Assembly: GCF_001945605.1 (NCBI RefSeq)
Contig: NZ_MPKA01000094.1
Coordinates: 1 to 15,903, forward strand
Direction of reading: 5' to 3'
Source of the DNA: Dubosiella newyorkensis
Lineage (GTDB): Bacteria > Bacillota_I > Bacilli_A > Erysipelotrichales > Erysipelotrichaceae
DNA: 15,903 nt
Positions 1 to 8,158 of this stretch are shown one piece after another. The notes beneath the pieces are model-generated. The model was not told where the DNA came from, made no database searches, and saw only the letters and a program-made list of their open reading frames with translations. Every line of letters begins with the position of its first letter. Within the stretch, counting starts at the first letter, position 1. Position numbers and translations under genes: made by a program.

Positions 1-2
1 TG

Positions 3-284
3 GACAACGGAAGTCTGCCGATGACCAATTCGCTTGCCGAAAGGACGATCCGAAATTTTGCGGTAGGAAGAAACAACTGGCTGTTTTCGGGAAGTCCTAG
101 AGGAGCCAAGGCTTGCGGAGTGCTCTACTCGATCGTAGAAAGCGCCAAAGCCAATGGGCTGATCCCTTACAAATACATCCTTCACCTTTTAAAAGAACTC
201 TCAAGACATGCCGGAAAGCTGACCAGCGAAATACTGGAACAATGTATGCCTTGGAATCCAAATTTGATCAGCCTATGCCAATAA
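3..284 (+). CDS. IS66-family transposase (TnpC-type), C-terminal fragment truncated 5' by the window edge
   Basis: The frame is open from base 3: DNGSLPMTNSLAERTIRNFAVGRNNWLFSGSPRGAKACGVLYSIVESAKANGLIPYKYILHLL...CMPWN. This matches the conserved IS66 C-terminal block (NxAERxxRxxAxGRKNWLFxGS ... AKxNGxxP ... LPWN). The ATG at 21 in the ORF track is internal. Confidence 0.85.
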   Translation, partial: DNGSLPMTNSLAERTIRNFAVGRNNWLFSGSPRGAKACGVLYSIVESAKANGLIPYKYILHLLKELSRHAGKLTSEILEQCMPWNPNLISLCQ

Positions 285-290
285 AAACAA

Positions 291-341
291 AGACGCTCAT
301 CGCAGGTAGAGATATTGTCTCTGATTCGATGAGCGTTTTCT
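291..341 (+). terminator. Hairpin plus T-run just after the transposase stop (possible IS-internal terminator or subterminal structure)
   Basis: ACGCTCATCG (293..302) pairs perfectly with CGATGAGCGT (327..336) and is followed by TTTTC. The 24-nt loop is large for a canonical intrinsic terminator. Confidence 0.4.
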
Positions 342-366
342 ATACGCTGTTTTAATTCCCGCTTAC
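340..366 (+). repeat. Putative right terminal inverted repeat of the IS66-family element
   Basis: The sequence ends ...AATTCCCGCTTAC at 366, so its reverse complement begins GTAAGCGGG. The partner IR lies outside the window, so pairing cannot be verified. Confidence 0.5.
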
Positions 367-461
367 TGACAAACAGAAACTTTTCCTTATTAATCACGGT
401 AATACTGATTTTTGTTATTTAAAAACTTATTTTTTCCTGTATAGTACGACTAACTGACTTA

Positions 462-490
462 TAAAAAAAGAGAGCCACAGAGTGACTCTC
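462..490 (-). terminator. Rho-independent terminator of the manC-mutase transcription unit
   Basis: The minus strand reads GAGAGTCA-CTCTG-TGGCTCTC followed by TTTTTTTAT. This is an 8-bp stem with one G.U pair, a 5-nt loop and a T7 run, about 200 nt downstream of the mutase stop. A second 6-bp hairpin (GCAGTC/GACTGC, 496..527) lies just upstream of it. Confidence 0.6.
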
Positions 491-693
491 ACAGTGCAGT
501 CCGAAAACATACACCTCTATCGACTGCTTAAATAATACTCTTTAATCAGGAAATCTTAAAGTTTTTCTTCTTTTTTTTCTAATAAACTTATAAAACTAAT
601 CTGTTTAAGCAAATATTTTCGGATCTAAATCTCACATAATATAACATTATGCGAAAAACAAATCATGAATACAGGTTCACTTTATAGCGCAGA

Positions 694-2226
694 TCAATCA
701 AACAATTCCTCCAATATCACATCTAATGGTTTTGTCGTGCTCATGAATTCTTTGAGTTCTTCTGAATTCAATGAGAAATAAAGCTTTAGCTTTGGTTCTG
801 TTCCAGAAGGACGGATGATCAAAGAATCTTTGTCTTTCGAAATGAATTTTAGAATGTTGGCTTTAGGTAGGTTGTTGATTCCTTCTTGATAATCGTATTT
901 TTCGATCCAATAGTTGTTTGTGTTTGTATTTCTCAGTCGTTCCATGTAGTCTTGGATCTTTTGTTTTCCTTCTTCTCCTTCGAACGTGTAGGAAATGACT
1001 TTTTGTTCTCGATATCCATATTGTTCATAGATTTCTTGGAGTCGATCGAGCGGATCTTTTCCTTCGTTTTTATAGTATTGAACAAGATTGGAGAACAAGA
1101 GAAGGGCTCCTATCGAGTCTTTGTCTTTGACATAGGTTCCGACTAAATAGCCATAGTTTTCTTCGACGCCTAGAATGAATTCGTGTTCTTTTTGTTGTTG
1201 GGCGAGCTGGTTGACTTGGTCTCCTATGTATTTGAATCCGTTGAGCACGCTGAAGACTTGTTGTCCATGATCTTTGGCTAGATCGTCCAATAGGTCGGTC
1301 GTGACGATCGTTTTATAGACTTTGCTTCCTTCTTTTTTTGTTTCTAATAGGTAGTCATAAAGTAAAACGCCGATTTCATTGCCGGAAAGGAGGGTGTAGG
1401 AATTTTTGTGTTTGAGTCCTACGCCTAATCGGTCTCCGTCGGGATCGGTGGCGAATACAACGTCGGCGTTGACTTTATTTCCAAGTTTTATGACTTTTTC
1501 CATCGCTTCTTTTTCTTCTGGATTAGGAGAAGGACATGTTGGAAAGTCTTGGTGGGGAATGCATTGTTCTTGTTCGTAATATACGTTATGATATCCGTTT
1601 CTTTCAAAAATATGTTTGGCTGGCTGTATGGATGCTCCATGCAAGGAAGAGAATGCGATCGTGATTGGTTCTTTCTTTTCGATTGGTGAGATCGCATTTT
1701 CAACTTGTTCTAGAAACGCTTCTAAAACTGTGTTTGGTACATCGTATTCTAGTTCTTCATTTTCTTGTGTTAAGACTTGGGAGTAGTCTAGATTCAAGAT
1801 TTCTTGTTGGATGTATTTTGCCACTTCTGGGGTTAATTGTACGCCAGTGTTTCCATAGACTTTGTAGCCATTGTATTCTTTGGAGTTGTGGGAGGCGGTG
1901 ATCATGATGCCAGCTTGACAATGAAGATGTTCGATCGAATACGCTAAAACTGGAGTGGGTATGAGTTCAGTAAATACGTAGGTTTTGATTCCGTTGCTTG
2001 ATAGCACTTTTTTACTGATCGAAGCAAAAAAATCAGAGTTTCTTCTCGAATCGTATCCGATCGAAACTCGAATTTCTGAATCTTTGTATTGTGATTTAAG
2101 ATAGTTTGCCAATGCTTGGGTAATGATTCCGATGGTTTTTTCGTTCATTTGGTTTGGGCGGAGTCCCATTTTTTCTCGGATCCCGCCTGTTCCAAACTTG
2201 AGTGATGTTTTATATACTCTCTCCAT
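694..2226 (-). CDS. Alpha-D-phosphohexomutase (PgcA-like phosphoglucomutase/phosphomannomutase)
   Basis: Catalytic Ser loop TASHNSKEYNGYKVY, metal loop DPDGDR, sugar loop GVEENYGY, phosphate loop RPSGTEPKLK. ATG start with a GAGG SD 7 nt upstream, 9 nt after the manC stop. Its position next to manC suggests a phosphomannomutase role, but specificity cannot be read from sequence. Confidence 0.9.
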   Translation of the reverse strand: MERVYKTSLKFGTGGIREKMGLRPNQMNEKTIGIITQALANYLKSQYKDSEIRVSIGYDSRRNSDFFASISKKVLSSNGIKTYVFTELIPTPVLAYSIEHLHCQAGIMITASHNSKEYNGYKVYGNTGVQLTPEVAKYIQQEILNLDYSQVLTQENEELEYDVPNTVLEAFLEQVENAISPIEKKEPITIAFSSLHGASIQPAKHIFERNGYHNVYYEQEQCIPHQDFPTCPSPNPEEKEAMEKVIKLGNKVNADVVFATDPDGDRLGVGLKHKNSYTLLSGNEIGVLLYDYLLETKKEGSKVYKTIVTTDLLDDLAKDHGQQVFSVLNGFKYIGDQVNQLAQQQKEHEFILGVEENYGYLVGTYVKDKDSIGALLLFSNLVQYYKNEGKDPLDRLQEIYEQYGYREQKVISYTFEGEEGKQKIQDYMERLRNTNTNNYWIEKYDYQEGINNLPKANILKFISKDKDSLIIRPSGTEPKLKLYFSLNSEELKEFMSTTKPLDVILEELFD

Positions 2227-2235
2227 AAATAAACC

Positions 2236-3549
2236 TCACTGAACTTCTACTTTGATCTTGTCTTCTTTGCGAATATCTTTTCCAATTTGAACTTCGATCA
2301 TTTGAAGATCGCTCAAAGCTTCAACAGAGTGAATTTGATTTGCTTGCATTGTGATGATATCTCCAACTCCGATTTCTCGTTCATGACCATCGACAATACA
2401 CTTTCCATGCCCAGAAATCACTGTCCACATTTCATCTCTATTTTGATGATAATGCGTACTCATTTTATTCCCTGCATTCAGTGTAATTTTGATTGTTAAA
2501 CTGTTAGATCCAACATCTAAGACTTGGTAATCTCCCCAACTCTTTTCGGCAAACATAATTTCTTGTTCTATGGAATCCACAATCCTTTTGATATCGGACG
2601 ATTGTTCTTTATCCGAAACTAAAATTCCTTCTGGAGATGCCGAAATAACAATGTCATCCAACCCAACCGCGACAACAGGAGCGTCAAGTTCGTTGATGAT
2701 ATGCACATTTTCGCAAGTTCGATCAAGAATTCCATTTCCAATCACATTTTCATGCATCGTTTCTGTTAATGTATTCCAAGTTCCAACATCTTTCCATTCT
2801 CCGTTATAACGAACAACTGAAATAGAAGGTTCTTTTTCAACGACTTCATAATCAAAGCTAATCTTTTTTAAAGCAGAATAGCGAGCGAACAAATCTTCAT
2901 AATTTGTGAAGTCGATCAAAGAGTGGGCTTTATTCAATAAATAACCAAGTTTGAATGCGAAGATCCCACCATTCCACAAAGCGCCTTGATCAATATATTC
3001 TCTTGCTTTTTCTTCATCTGGTTTTTCTAGAAACATAGATACTTCTGAAACTGTATCTGTTGTTTTAGGCAAAATGTATCCATACTTTTCGCTTGGATAG
3101 GTTGGTTCCATTCCCATGAGAACAAGATTGGAGTTTGAAGTTTTTACTGCTTCTTCTAAACATTTCAGCGCTTCATAATAATCAATATCGACATAAGGAT
3201 CGACTGGACAAACGATCACAACTTCTTCTGGATCGAGTTCTTGTTGGTCCGCTAAAAAAGAAGATGCCAAAGCGATAGCAGGAAAGGTGTCTCTTCGATC
3301 CGGTTCAATGGAAATCGATACGTTTTCTCCCAATTGATTTCGAATGGAAGAGACTTGCGATTTCGACGTAGCGATCGTTATATTGGCTTCTGGATCGACT
3401 TCTAATATTTGACGATAGACTCTTTGCACCATCGATTCATATTCTTCGTATTCGTTTTTAAAAAACTTAATAAACTGCTTTGAACGAACATCGTTCGATA
3501 GAGGCCAGAGACGTTTTCCTGAACCTCCTGACAATAAAACAATATTCAT
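2236..3549 (-). CDS. manC: Mannose-1-phosphate guanylyltransferase (GDP-mannose pyrophosphorylase) with a C-terminal cupin (type II PMI-like) domain
   Basis: N-terminal LSGGSGKRLWPLS nucleotidyltransferase signature. C-terminal SWGDYQVL ... STHYHQNRDEMWTVISG cupin motif. ATG start with an AGGAG SD. Confidence 0.88.
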   Translation of the reverse strand: MNIVLLSGGSGKRLWPLSNDVRSKQFIKFFKNEYEEYESMVQRVYRQILEVDPEANITIATSKSQVSSIRNQLGENVSISIEPDRRDTFPAIALASSFLADQQELDPEEVVIVCPVDPYVDIDYYEALKCLEEAVKTSNSNLVLMGMEPTYPSEKYGYILPKTTDTVSEVSMFLEKPDEEKAREYIDQGALWNGGIFAFKLGYLLNKAHSLIDFTNYEDLFARYSALKKISFDYEVVEKEPSISVVRYNGEWKDVGTWNTLTETMHENVIGNGILDRTCENVHIINELDAPVVAVGLDDIVISASPEGILVSDKEQSSDIKRIVDSIEQEIMFAEKSWGDYQVLDVGSNSLTIKITLNAGNKMSTHYHQNRDEMWTVISGHGKCIVDGHEREIGVGDIITMQANQIHSVEALSDLQMIEVQIGKDIRKEDKIKVEVQ

Positions 3550-5390
3550 AGTATCTCCTAAAAAATAATATTTTTTACCATAACCAAATATATTTTCTGT
3601 TTGGATTGTATTTTATTAATAAAATAAATTTATAATTACAAAATTTACTGAACAGATTTATTTTTTTGATTTTACCTTTGTTTACTCACTGTATACATTT
3701 CGATTATTTTACTATATCACATTTTAAAACACCCAAAGCTTCAATTTTCAACACATCCAAAAAACTGATCCGTTTTCCACTGACAGCTGAGTCGTGTTAC
3801 TGAGAACCCTTATTTGTTGCTTTTCAAACTCTCAGCTATTGAAGTAGCTTGAAAAGCTCCGAGCTCATCTTTAAACATCTGTAGCTTATGCCACTTCTCA
3901 TTTTTTTCTAATTTTATTTTTTGGAATATTTTGTAGTTTTCTCAAATTCCATCGGCGATCAATAGCTGTAGCACTAATTGATTCGGAGCGAGTTGTAGAA
4001 TATTTCTTTTATCCATATATAAATAATATTGTTGAACCATACGTAATCAAAGTCTTTGGAATTGAATGTTCTTTAGAACGGATTTTAAAGTTTCAGCTTA
4101 TATCAATCAGATACAGTTATTTTTTTATGTTTTATACGTTTTTGTATAAACTTCTCTCGAATGAATAAATATACTTATGGCATCCATGGATCCTTTCTTA
4201 TGCAAGATTTATGTGGTCACTTCAAGAGCAACCTTATCATCTCTTCTTTTAATCTTGACAAGCCAATCTACGTACTTTGCTAGTTAAATCGCTATCGGAT
4301 CAAACTCGTTCATAGGCGTGCTTTCGAACACAGCAACTACCAAAGTGATGAAAAAACTCATAAAAAAGGAATGCCAAGACGGGTCTGGATCAAATTCGCA
4401 AAGCTTAACAGCAAAAAGTGTAAAATAAAGATTTCCGTATAAAAATCTGATTGGTAATGAGAACCACATAAATCAGCGTATGAAAATCAATGCTTATATA
4501 GAGAATTTCTAACGATTTGACAAGAAGATCAAAGAAAACCGAAAAAAAGATGTTAATTCATACTGTAGACCATTTTACCAAACTGTTCCAGCTTTTATAT
4601 ATTATTTCATAAATAGCTATTATGACTGATGCTCTTCTCTCATCCTCCTCGAGATGGGAATCTATATCGATATTTTCAAGTCTACAGCCGTCTAGTCAAC
4701 TGATGCAAGTTAATATCGATAAACAACGATAGCGCGAAGAAGAAAAATCGGTACGAATTTCCAAAGCGATCAATATTAAACCGATCCATCTCCAGAACAT
4801 GCTTGGTTCTTTGAATAGTAGAAAAAATCCATATTTCAAGAAAATACGAAAAGATTAAGAAGCAAAGAGGTCGTAAGAAAGAACTGATTACGATAATCGG
4901 AAAATGATAGTCTATATTTATAACATATTCAAAGATTCAATCCGTTTAAACCAGTCAACAACAATAAGATTTAGATCAATGATCAAAAAGTGACAATAAA
5001 AGATTAAAGATGTATTAATATTTTTCAAAAATTGAGGATTTGATCTATCCGATATAAAAGAGAATATTTATTTTATGGTTATCCTAATTTTAACATATTG
5101 TAATTTCTAGATAAACTGTTCAGTTTTTCGGCTGTTTTTTTTCGTTATATCATATTAATATTAGTTTGTTTCAAAATTTTTGTCCTTACAACTTAAGGGT
5201 TCAACATTTTTCAATTCGCTTAAAATGTATTCACTTTTATGAGCATAGCTTAATTTTTAAGAAATTGTAGTAAGATTAGAAATGATCATTATGAATATTT
5301 TAAGCAATAATTATTATAAATAATATAATTTATTTTTTTCTTAGTTTTAAATTTAAAATACAAAATATGAATGTGGTATAGTTAAATCTT
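3550..5390. other. 1.84-kb gap with no intact gene (possible decayed coding sequence plus AT-rich promoter/terminator DNA)
   Basis: No ORF above 61 aa in six frames. The only tracked ORF (4284..4469, minus) lacks an SD. Composition is tripartite: AT-rich 3550-3760, about 37-43% GC in sampled lines between about 4260 and 4740, and about 10% GC at 5281-5340. Confidence 0.6.
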
Positions 5391-6956
5391 CTATAATTTT
5401 TTTTTAAATTTTATCTTATATAAGAAAAAAGACTTTTCTTTTGTATTACAAACCAATAAAAAATGAATTACTCCTCCGACCAATGTCATTAATGTAGCTG
5501 ATATAATCAACATAATCCAATTTTTTGGATTTATTATCTTACTTAATAAAATAAATATAAGTGTCATGATAAAGCAAGATAGGACAGAGCGCCCAATTAC
5601 TCCATAAAAATAGTTCCAACGAATTTTAAGACAATAACACATATATATCGGATTAGTTATTAAGCTGATAACGGTCATCACAACAGCTGTAGTAAGTACT
5701 ATAGAATATATTCCTAAATTAGTAAATTTCAATAATATATACATAAATATGACGTTTATAATACCTCCAATCATTGTGATTATACATGGGATTTTATTTT
5801 TTATCTTTAAAGTATAGATGTAATATAAAGGATATACTAAACCTTCAAATATACCGCTAAAGCATCCAACCAACGTCAATTTCCATAAAAGAGTACTATT
5901 TTGATTTGGTACCCATAATTGATAATATGTTCTTCCTAAAGCCACAAATCCAGCAAATGCCAAGCTAGAAAGAAACCCAGAACATACCATAGATAATTTA
6001 AATCTATTTAACAAATCATCCATATTATTATCAGCAAAGGATTTTAAAAATAAAGGCTGAAAAGGTTGTGCAATTAATTGAAATAATCCGATAAACATAG
6101 TATTAATAGTTTTTGCAATAGCTAATTCCCCCATAGCTGTATCAGTTAAAAATAAATTACTCATAATCAAATCTAATCCTGTGTTCAAAGTATTTCCTAA
6201 ACTATTTAAAGAATTCCATATACCATTAAAAACTAATAATTTTGCAGCATTCCAAGAAAACGATATATTCATTATTTTTAATTTTGGAGTAAACTTCTTG
6301 GTAATAAATAAATTAGTTAGAAATATAAATATATTTTGAATACAAAGCGCTAAGCTAATATAATATAATTTAGGTTTAAATTTAAAATATAGAAATAATA
6401 AAGCACCCGCCTCTAAAATATAGCCGATCAATTTAAATAAACCTGTTAAGTCTAACCTATTTGCAATATAAGCAGAAGAAGAAAATGAGGAACCAATTAT
6501 AGTAATCCCGAAATTAACGAACATTAAAAAAAATAAATATTTAACATCAGAAACTATATCTAAATTGATTTTCAAAAAAAAGGTGATTCTATTTATAAAA
6601 AAAATTGCGAAGAGAAGGGTTAAAAAAGCTAATAAAAAGTTTGAAACCAGAGTTGTTGAAAGAAAATTATTAGCCTTTTCATAGTTTTTCTGATGATATT
6701 CTATTGTAATGAAACGAGAAGAATATGAATTAATCGCTAATGCCGCAATCATGGTATAACTAGCAAAAGTTTTAGCTAAAGAAACAAAACCATATCCTTC
6801 AGCTCCAATATTATTTGTAATAAATGGAGTCAGAGCAAAATTTATGATATAGCTAAGTAAAAATGCTAATCCAGAAATAATAATTGTAATAAATAATCTT
6901 TTCCCAACGTTCTCATTTTTCACATTTTTCTCCTTTCTTTCAATGTATTTCACCAT
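5391..6956 (-). CDS. wzx: Wzx-type oligosaccharide-repeat flippase (MOP/polysaccharide biosynthesis protein family)
   Basis: About 510-520 aa, hydrophobic throughout with many predicted TM helices, and an N-terminus typical of the family (...ALTPFITNNIGAEGYGFVSLAKTF...). The likely true start is the in-frame GTG at 6923, with a perfect AAGGAG SD 6 nt upstream. The ATG at 6956 has no SD and would overlap the upstream gene by 17 nt. Confidence 0.8.
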   Translation of the reverse strand: MVKYIERKEKNVKNENVGKRLFITIIISGLAFLLSYIINFALTPFITNNIGAEGYGFVSLAKTFASYTMIAALAINSYSSRFITIEYHQKNYEKANNFLSTTLVSNFLLAFLTLLFAIFFINRITFFLKINLDIVSDVKYLFFLMFVNFGITIIGSSFSSSAYIANRLDLTGLFKLIGYILEAGALLFLYFKFKPKLYYISLALCIQNIFIFLTNLFITKKFTPKLKIMNISFSWNAAKLLVFNGIWNSLNSLGNTLNTGLDLIMSNLFLTDTAMGELAIAKTINTMFIGLFQLIAQPFQPLFLKSFADNNMDDLLNRFKLSMVCSGFLSSLAFAGFVALGRTYYQLWVPNQNSTLLWKLTLVGCFSGIFEGLVYPLYYIYTLKIKNKIPCIITMIGGIINVIFMYILLKFTNLGIYSIVLTTAVVMTVISLITNPIYMCYCLKIRWNYFYGVIGRSVLSCFIMTLIFILLSKIINPKNWIMLIISATLMTLVGGVIHFLLVCNTKEKSFFLYKIKFKKKL

Positions 6957-8157
6957 CTAATATATACTTTTTTAACTGTTCCGCACTTTTTTTATAATTA
7001 TAATTTTTTTTTATAAATTCCTTAGCGTTTTTCGAAACAGATAATGTAAAATCTTTATTCCTAGTTAATTCCAAAATATTTGAAATATAATCTTCCGGTT
7101 TTTTCGATAATAAAAAGTCACGCCCTTCTTTTGCCGGGATACCTTCAATTCCAATTTCATTAGTTAGTACTGGTATTCCTGATGATAATCCTTCTAATAT
7201 TTTTATTTTGACACCTGCTCCCATTAATAAAGGAGCTACTAAACAAAGAGAATCACTAAAATATTCATCTATTTTATCTACAAATCCAGTAATTATAATA
7301 TCATTGCTTTCATAAGAAAGGAGCTTTTTATTGGGATTTCCTCCTAAAACAATAAATTTAAAATCTTTATTATACTTTTTCAATTTATAAAAAACACTTT
7401 CAATAAACCAAATGGCAGCCTCATAGTTTTCAGGGCGGTTCATAGCACCATAAAATAAGATATTTTCTTTTTTATATTTATATTTCAAATTATCAAAATT
7501 GGTAAAATAGGGAGATATAGATAAAATATTATTATTGATTTTTTCGTTTTCAAGCAATAATCTATCTTTATCATTATTGACGATAATTAAATTAGAAAGT
7601 GTTAAAGATGCAACTTCATTTTTTTTAAAATGTCCATATATCTTATTAGAAACAATCCTTTTTATTCCTTTTAATGAAATAATTTTTCTATAAACTTTCA
7701 AAAAAGTAACATCTTCTTCTATTACGATAAATTTCGCGTTTGGAAATTCTTTTTTTATCCATCCTATATTATTTATAATGGATGTCCAATGCAGAATAAC
7801 ATAATCTGGATCATCATTTTGTTTTTTATACTCTTTTATCTTCCTTTTTAATGTTTTCCTATTCAAAAATGATCCTTTTCCTGCTAATTTAGAAAGAAAA
7901 AAAATATGATTTATAGTCTTTCGCCCGATTCGATTTATTTTATCTTCTTTAAAATAATGTATTTTGCTTTTTATATTATAATGATAATGATCATTATCAA
8001 TATACTCTTTTTCCTTTTCTGAAGCAAAAGTTAATAATGTTATATCAATATTTTTTTCATTATTTAAATATTTTAATAAATAATTATGAATTTTCCCACC
8101 TGCATGTGCAACTCCATCATATGGTGCCATTAAAGAAATCCAAAAAACTTTTTTCAT
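6940..8157 (-). CDS. GT-B fold glycosyltransferase (GT4/GT1 family)
   Basis: The C-terminal region GGNPNKK...GFVDKIDEYFSDSLCLVAPLLMGAGVKIKILEGLSSGIPVLTNEIGIEGI is typical of retaining GT4 enzymes. I place the start at ATG 8157 (MKKVFWISL...), with a GAGG SD and 1 nt after the wzy stop. The track start at 8169 is a GTG inside wzy. Confidence 0.8.
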   Translation of the reverse strand: MKKVFWISLMAPYDGVAHAGGKIHNYLLKYLNNEKNIDITLLTFASEKEKEYIDNDHYHYNIKSKIHYFKEDKINRIGRKTINHIFFLSKLAGKGSFLNRKTLKRKIKEYKKQNDDPDYVILHWTSIINNIGWIKKEFPNAKFIVIEEDVTFLKVYRKIISLKGIKRIVSNKIYGHFKKNEVASLTLSNLIIVNNDKDRLLLENEKINNNILSISPYFTNFDNLKYKYKKENILFYGAMNRPENYEAAIWFIESVFYKLKKYNKDFKFIVLGGNPNKKLLSYESNDIIITGFVDKIDEYFSDSLCLVAPLLMGAGVKIKILEGLSSGIPVLTNEIGIEGIPAKEGRDFLLSKKPEDYISNILELTRNKDFTLSVSKNAKEFIKKNYNYKKSAEQLKKYILDGEIH

Positions 8158-8158
8158 T

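Larger units (their letters stand above)
1..366 (+). mobile_element. IS66-family insertion sequence, right-hand (3') end only; the element continues beyond the window start
   Basis: Contains the transposase C-terminus (3..284), a post-stop hairpin, and a terminal sequence whose reverse complement reads GTAAGCGGGAATTAAAACAGCG (about 340..366). IS66-family IRs characteristically start 5'-GTAA. Confidence 0.75.

Noticed and set aside
113-397. ORFs 113..355 (+) and 182..397 (-), overlapping the IS66 transposase tail and IR.
   Set aside because: They are alternative-frame or antisense shadows of the clearly conserved transposase frame, and they run across the hairpin and IR.
886-2809. Plus-strand ORFs 886..1146, 1665..1901, 2287..2499 and 2570..2809, and minus-strand off-frame ORF 1488..1703.
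   Set aside because: All lie wholly inside the well-supported mutase and manC genes on the antisense strand or in another frame. Their low-complexity, Cys/Phe/Leu-rich translations are typical of shadow ORFs.
4297-4398. Direct repeat GGATCAAACTCG (4297-4308) / GGATCAAATTCG (4387-4398), 90 bp apart. It might be a paired protein-binding site.
   Set aside because: Only the 12-mer core matches (11/12) and the flanks are unrelated. Several such matches are expected by chance among all position pairs in the gap.
4284-4469. 61-aa minus-strand ORF (MWFSLPIRFLYG...) in the large gap.
   Set aside because: It has no Shine-Dalgarno upstream (TTGATTTTCATACGCTGATTT-ATG) and no recognisable motif. By my rough stop-frequency estimate, one or two ORFs of this length are expected by chance in 1.8 kb of this composition.
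4932-5040. AAGATT hexamers at 4932, 4966 and 5000 (and AGGATT at 5035) with 34-35-bp spacing. They suggested iterons or a degenerate tandem repeat.
   Set aside because: The units share almost nothing beyond the hexamer when aligned, and a common AT-rich hexamer recurring is weak evidence.
3647-5123. Imperfect inverted repeat ACTGAACAGATTTAT (3647-3661) versus ATAAACTGTTCAGT (5110-5123), bracketing 1477 bp. This is IS-like in size.
   Set aside because: It has only a 9-bp perfect core plus 5 bp after an indel. There is no flanking target-site duplication and no transposase ORF inside. A match of this quality is roughly expected by chance in AT-rich DNA.
3550-5390. Possibility that in-frame TGA codons in the gap (for example 3944..3942) indicate a TGA=Trp genetic code and hidden intact genes.
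   Set aside because: Well-supported genes here (mutase, manC, GT4 6940, epimerase, ugd) terminate at TGA exactly where homologues end, so TGA is a stop in this organism.
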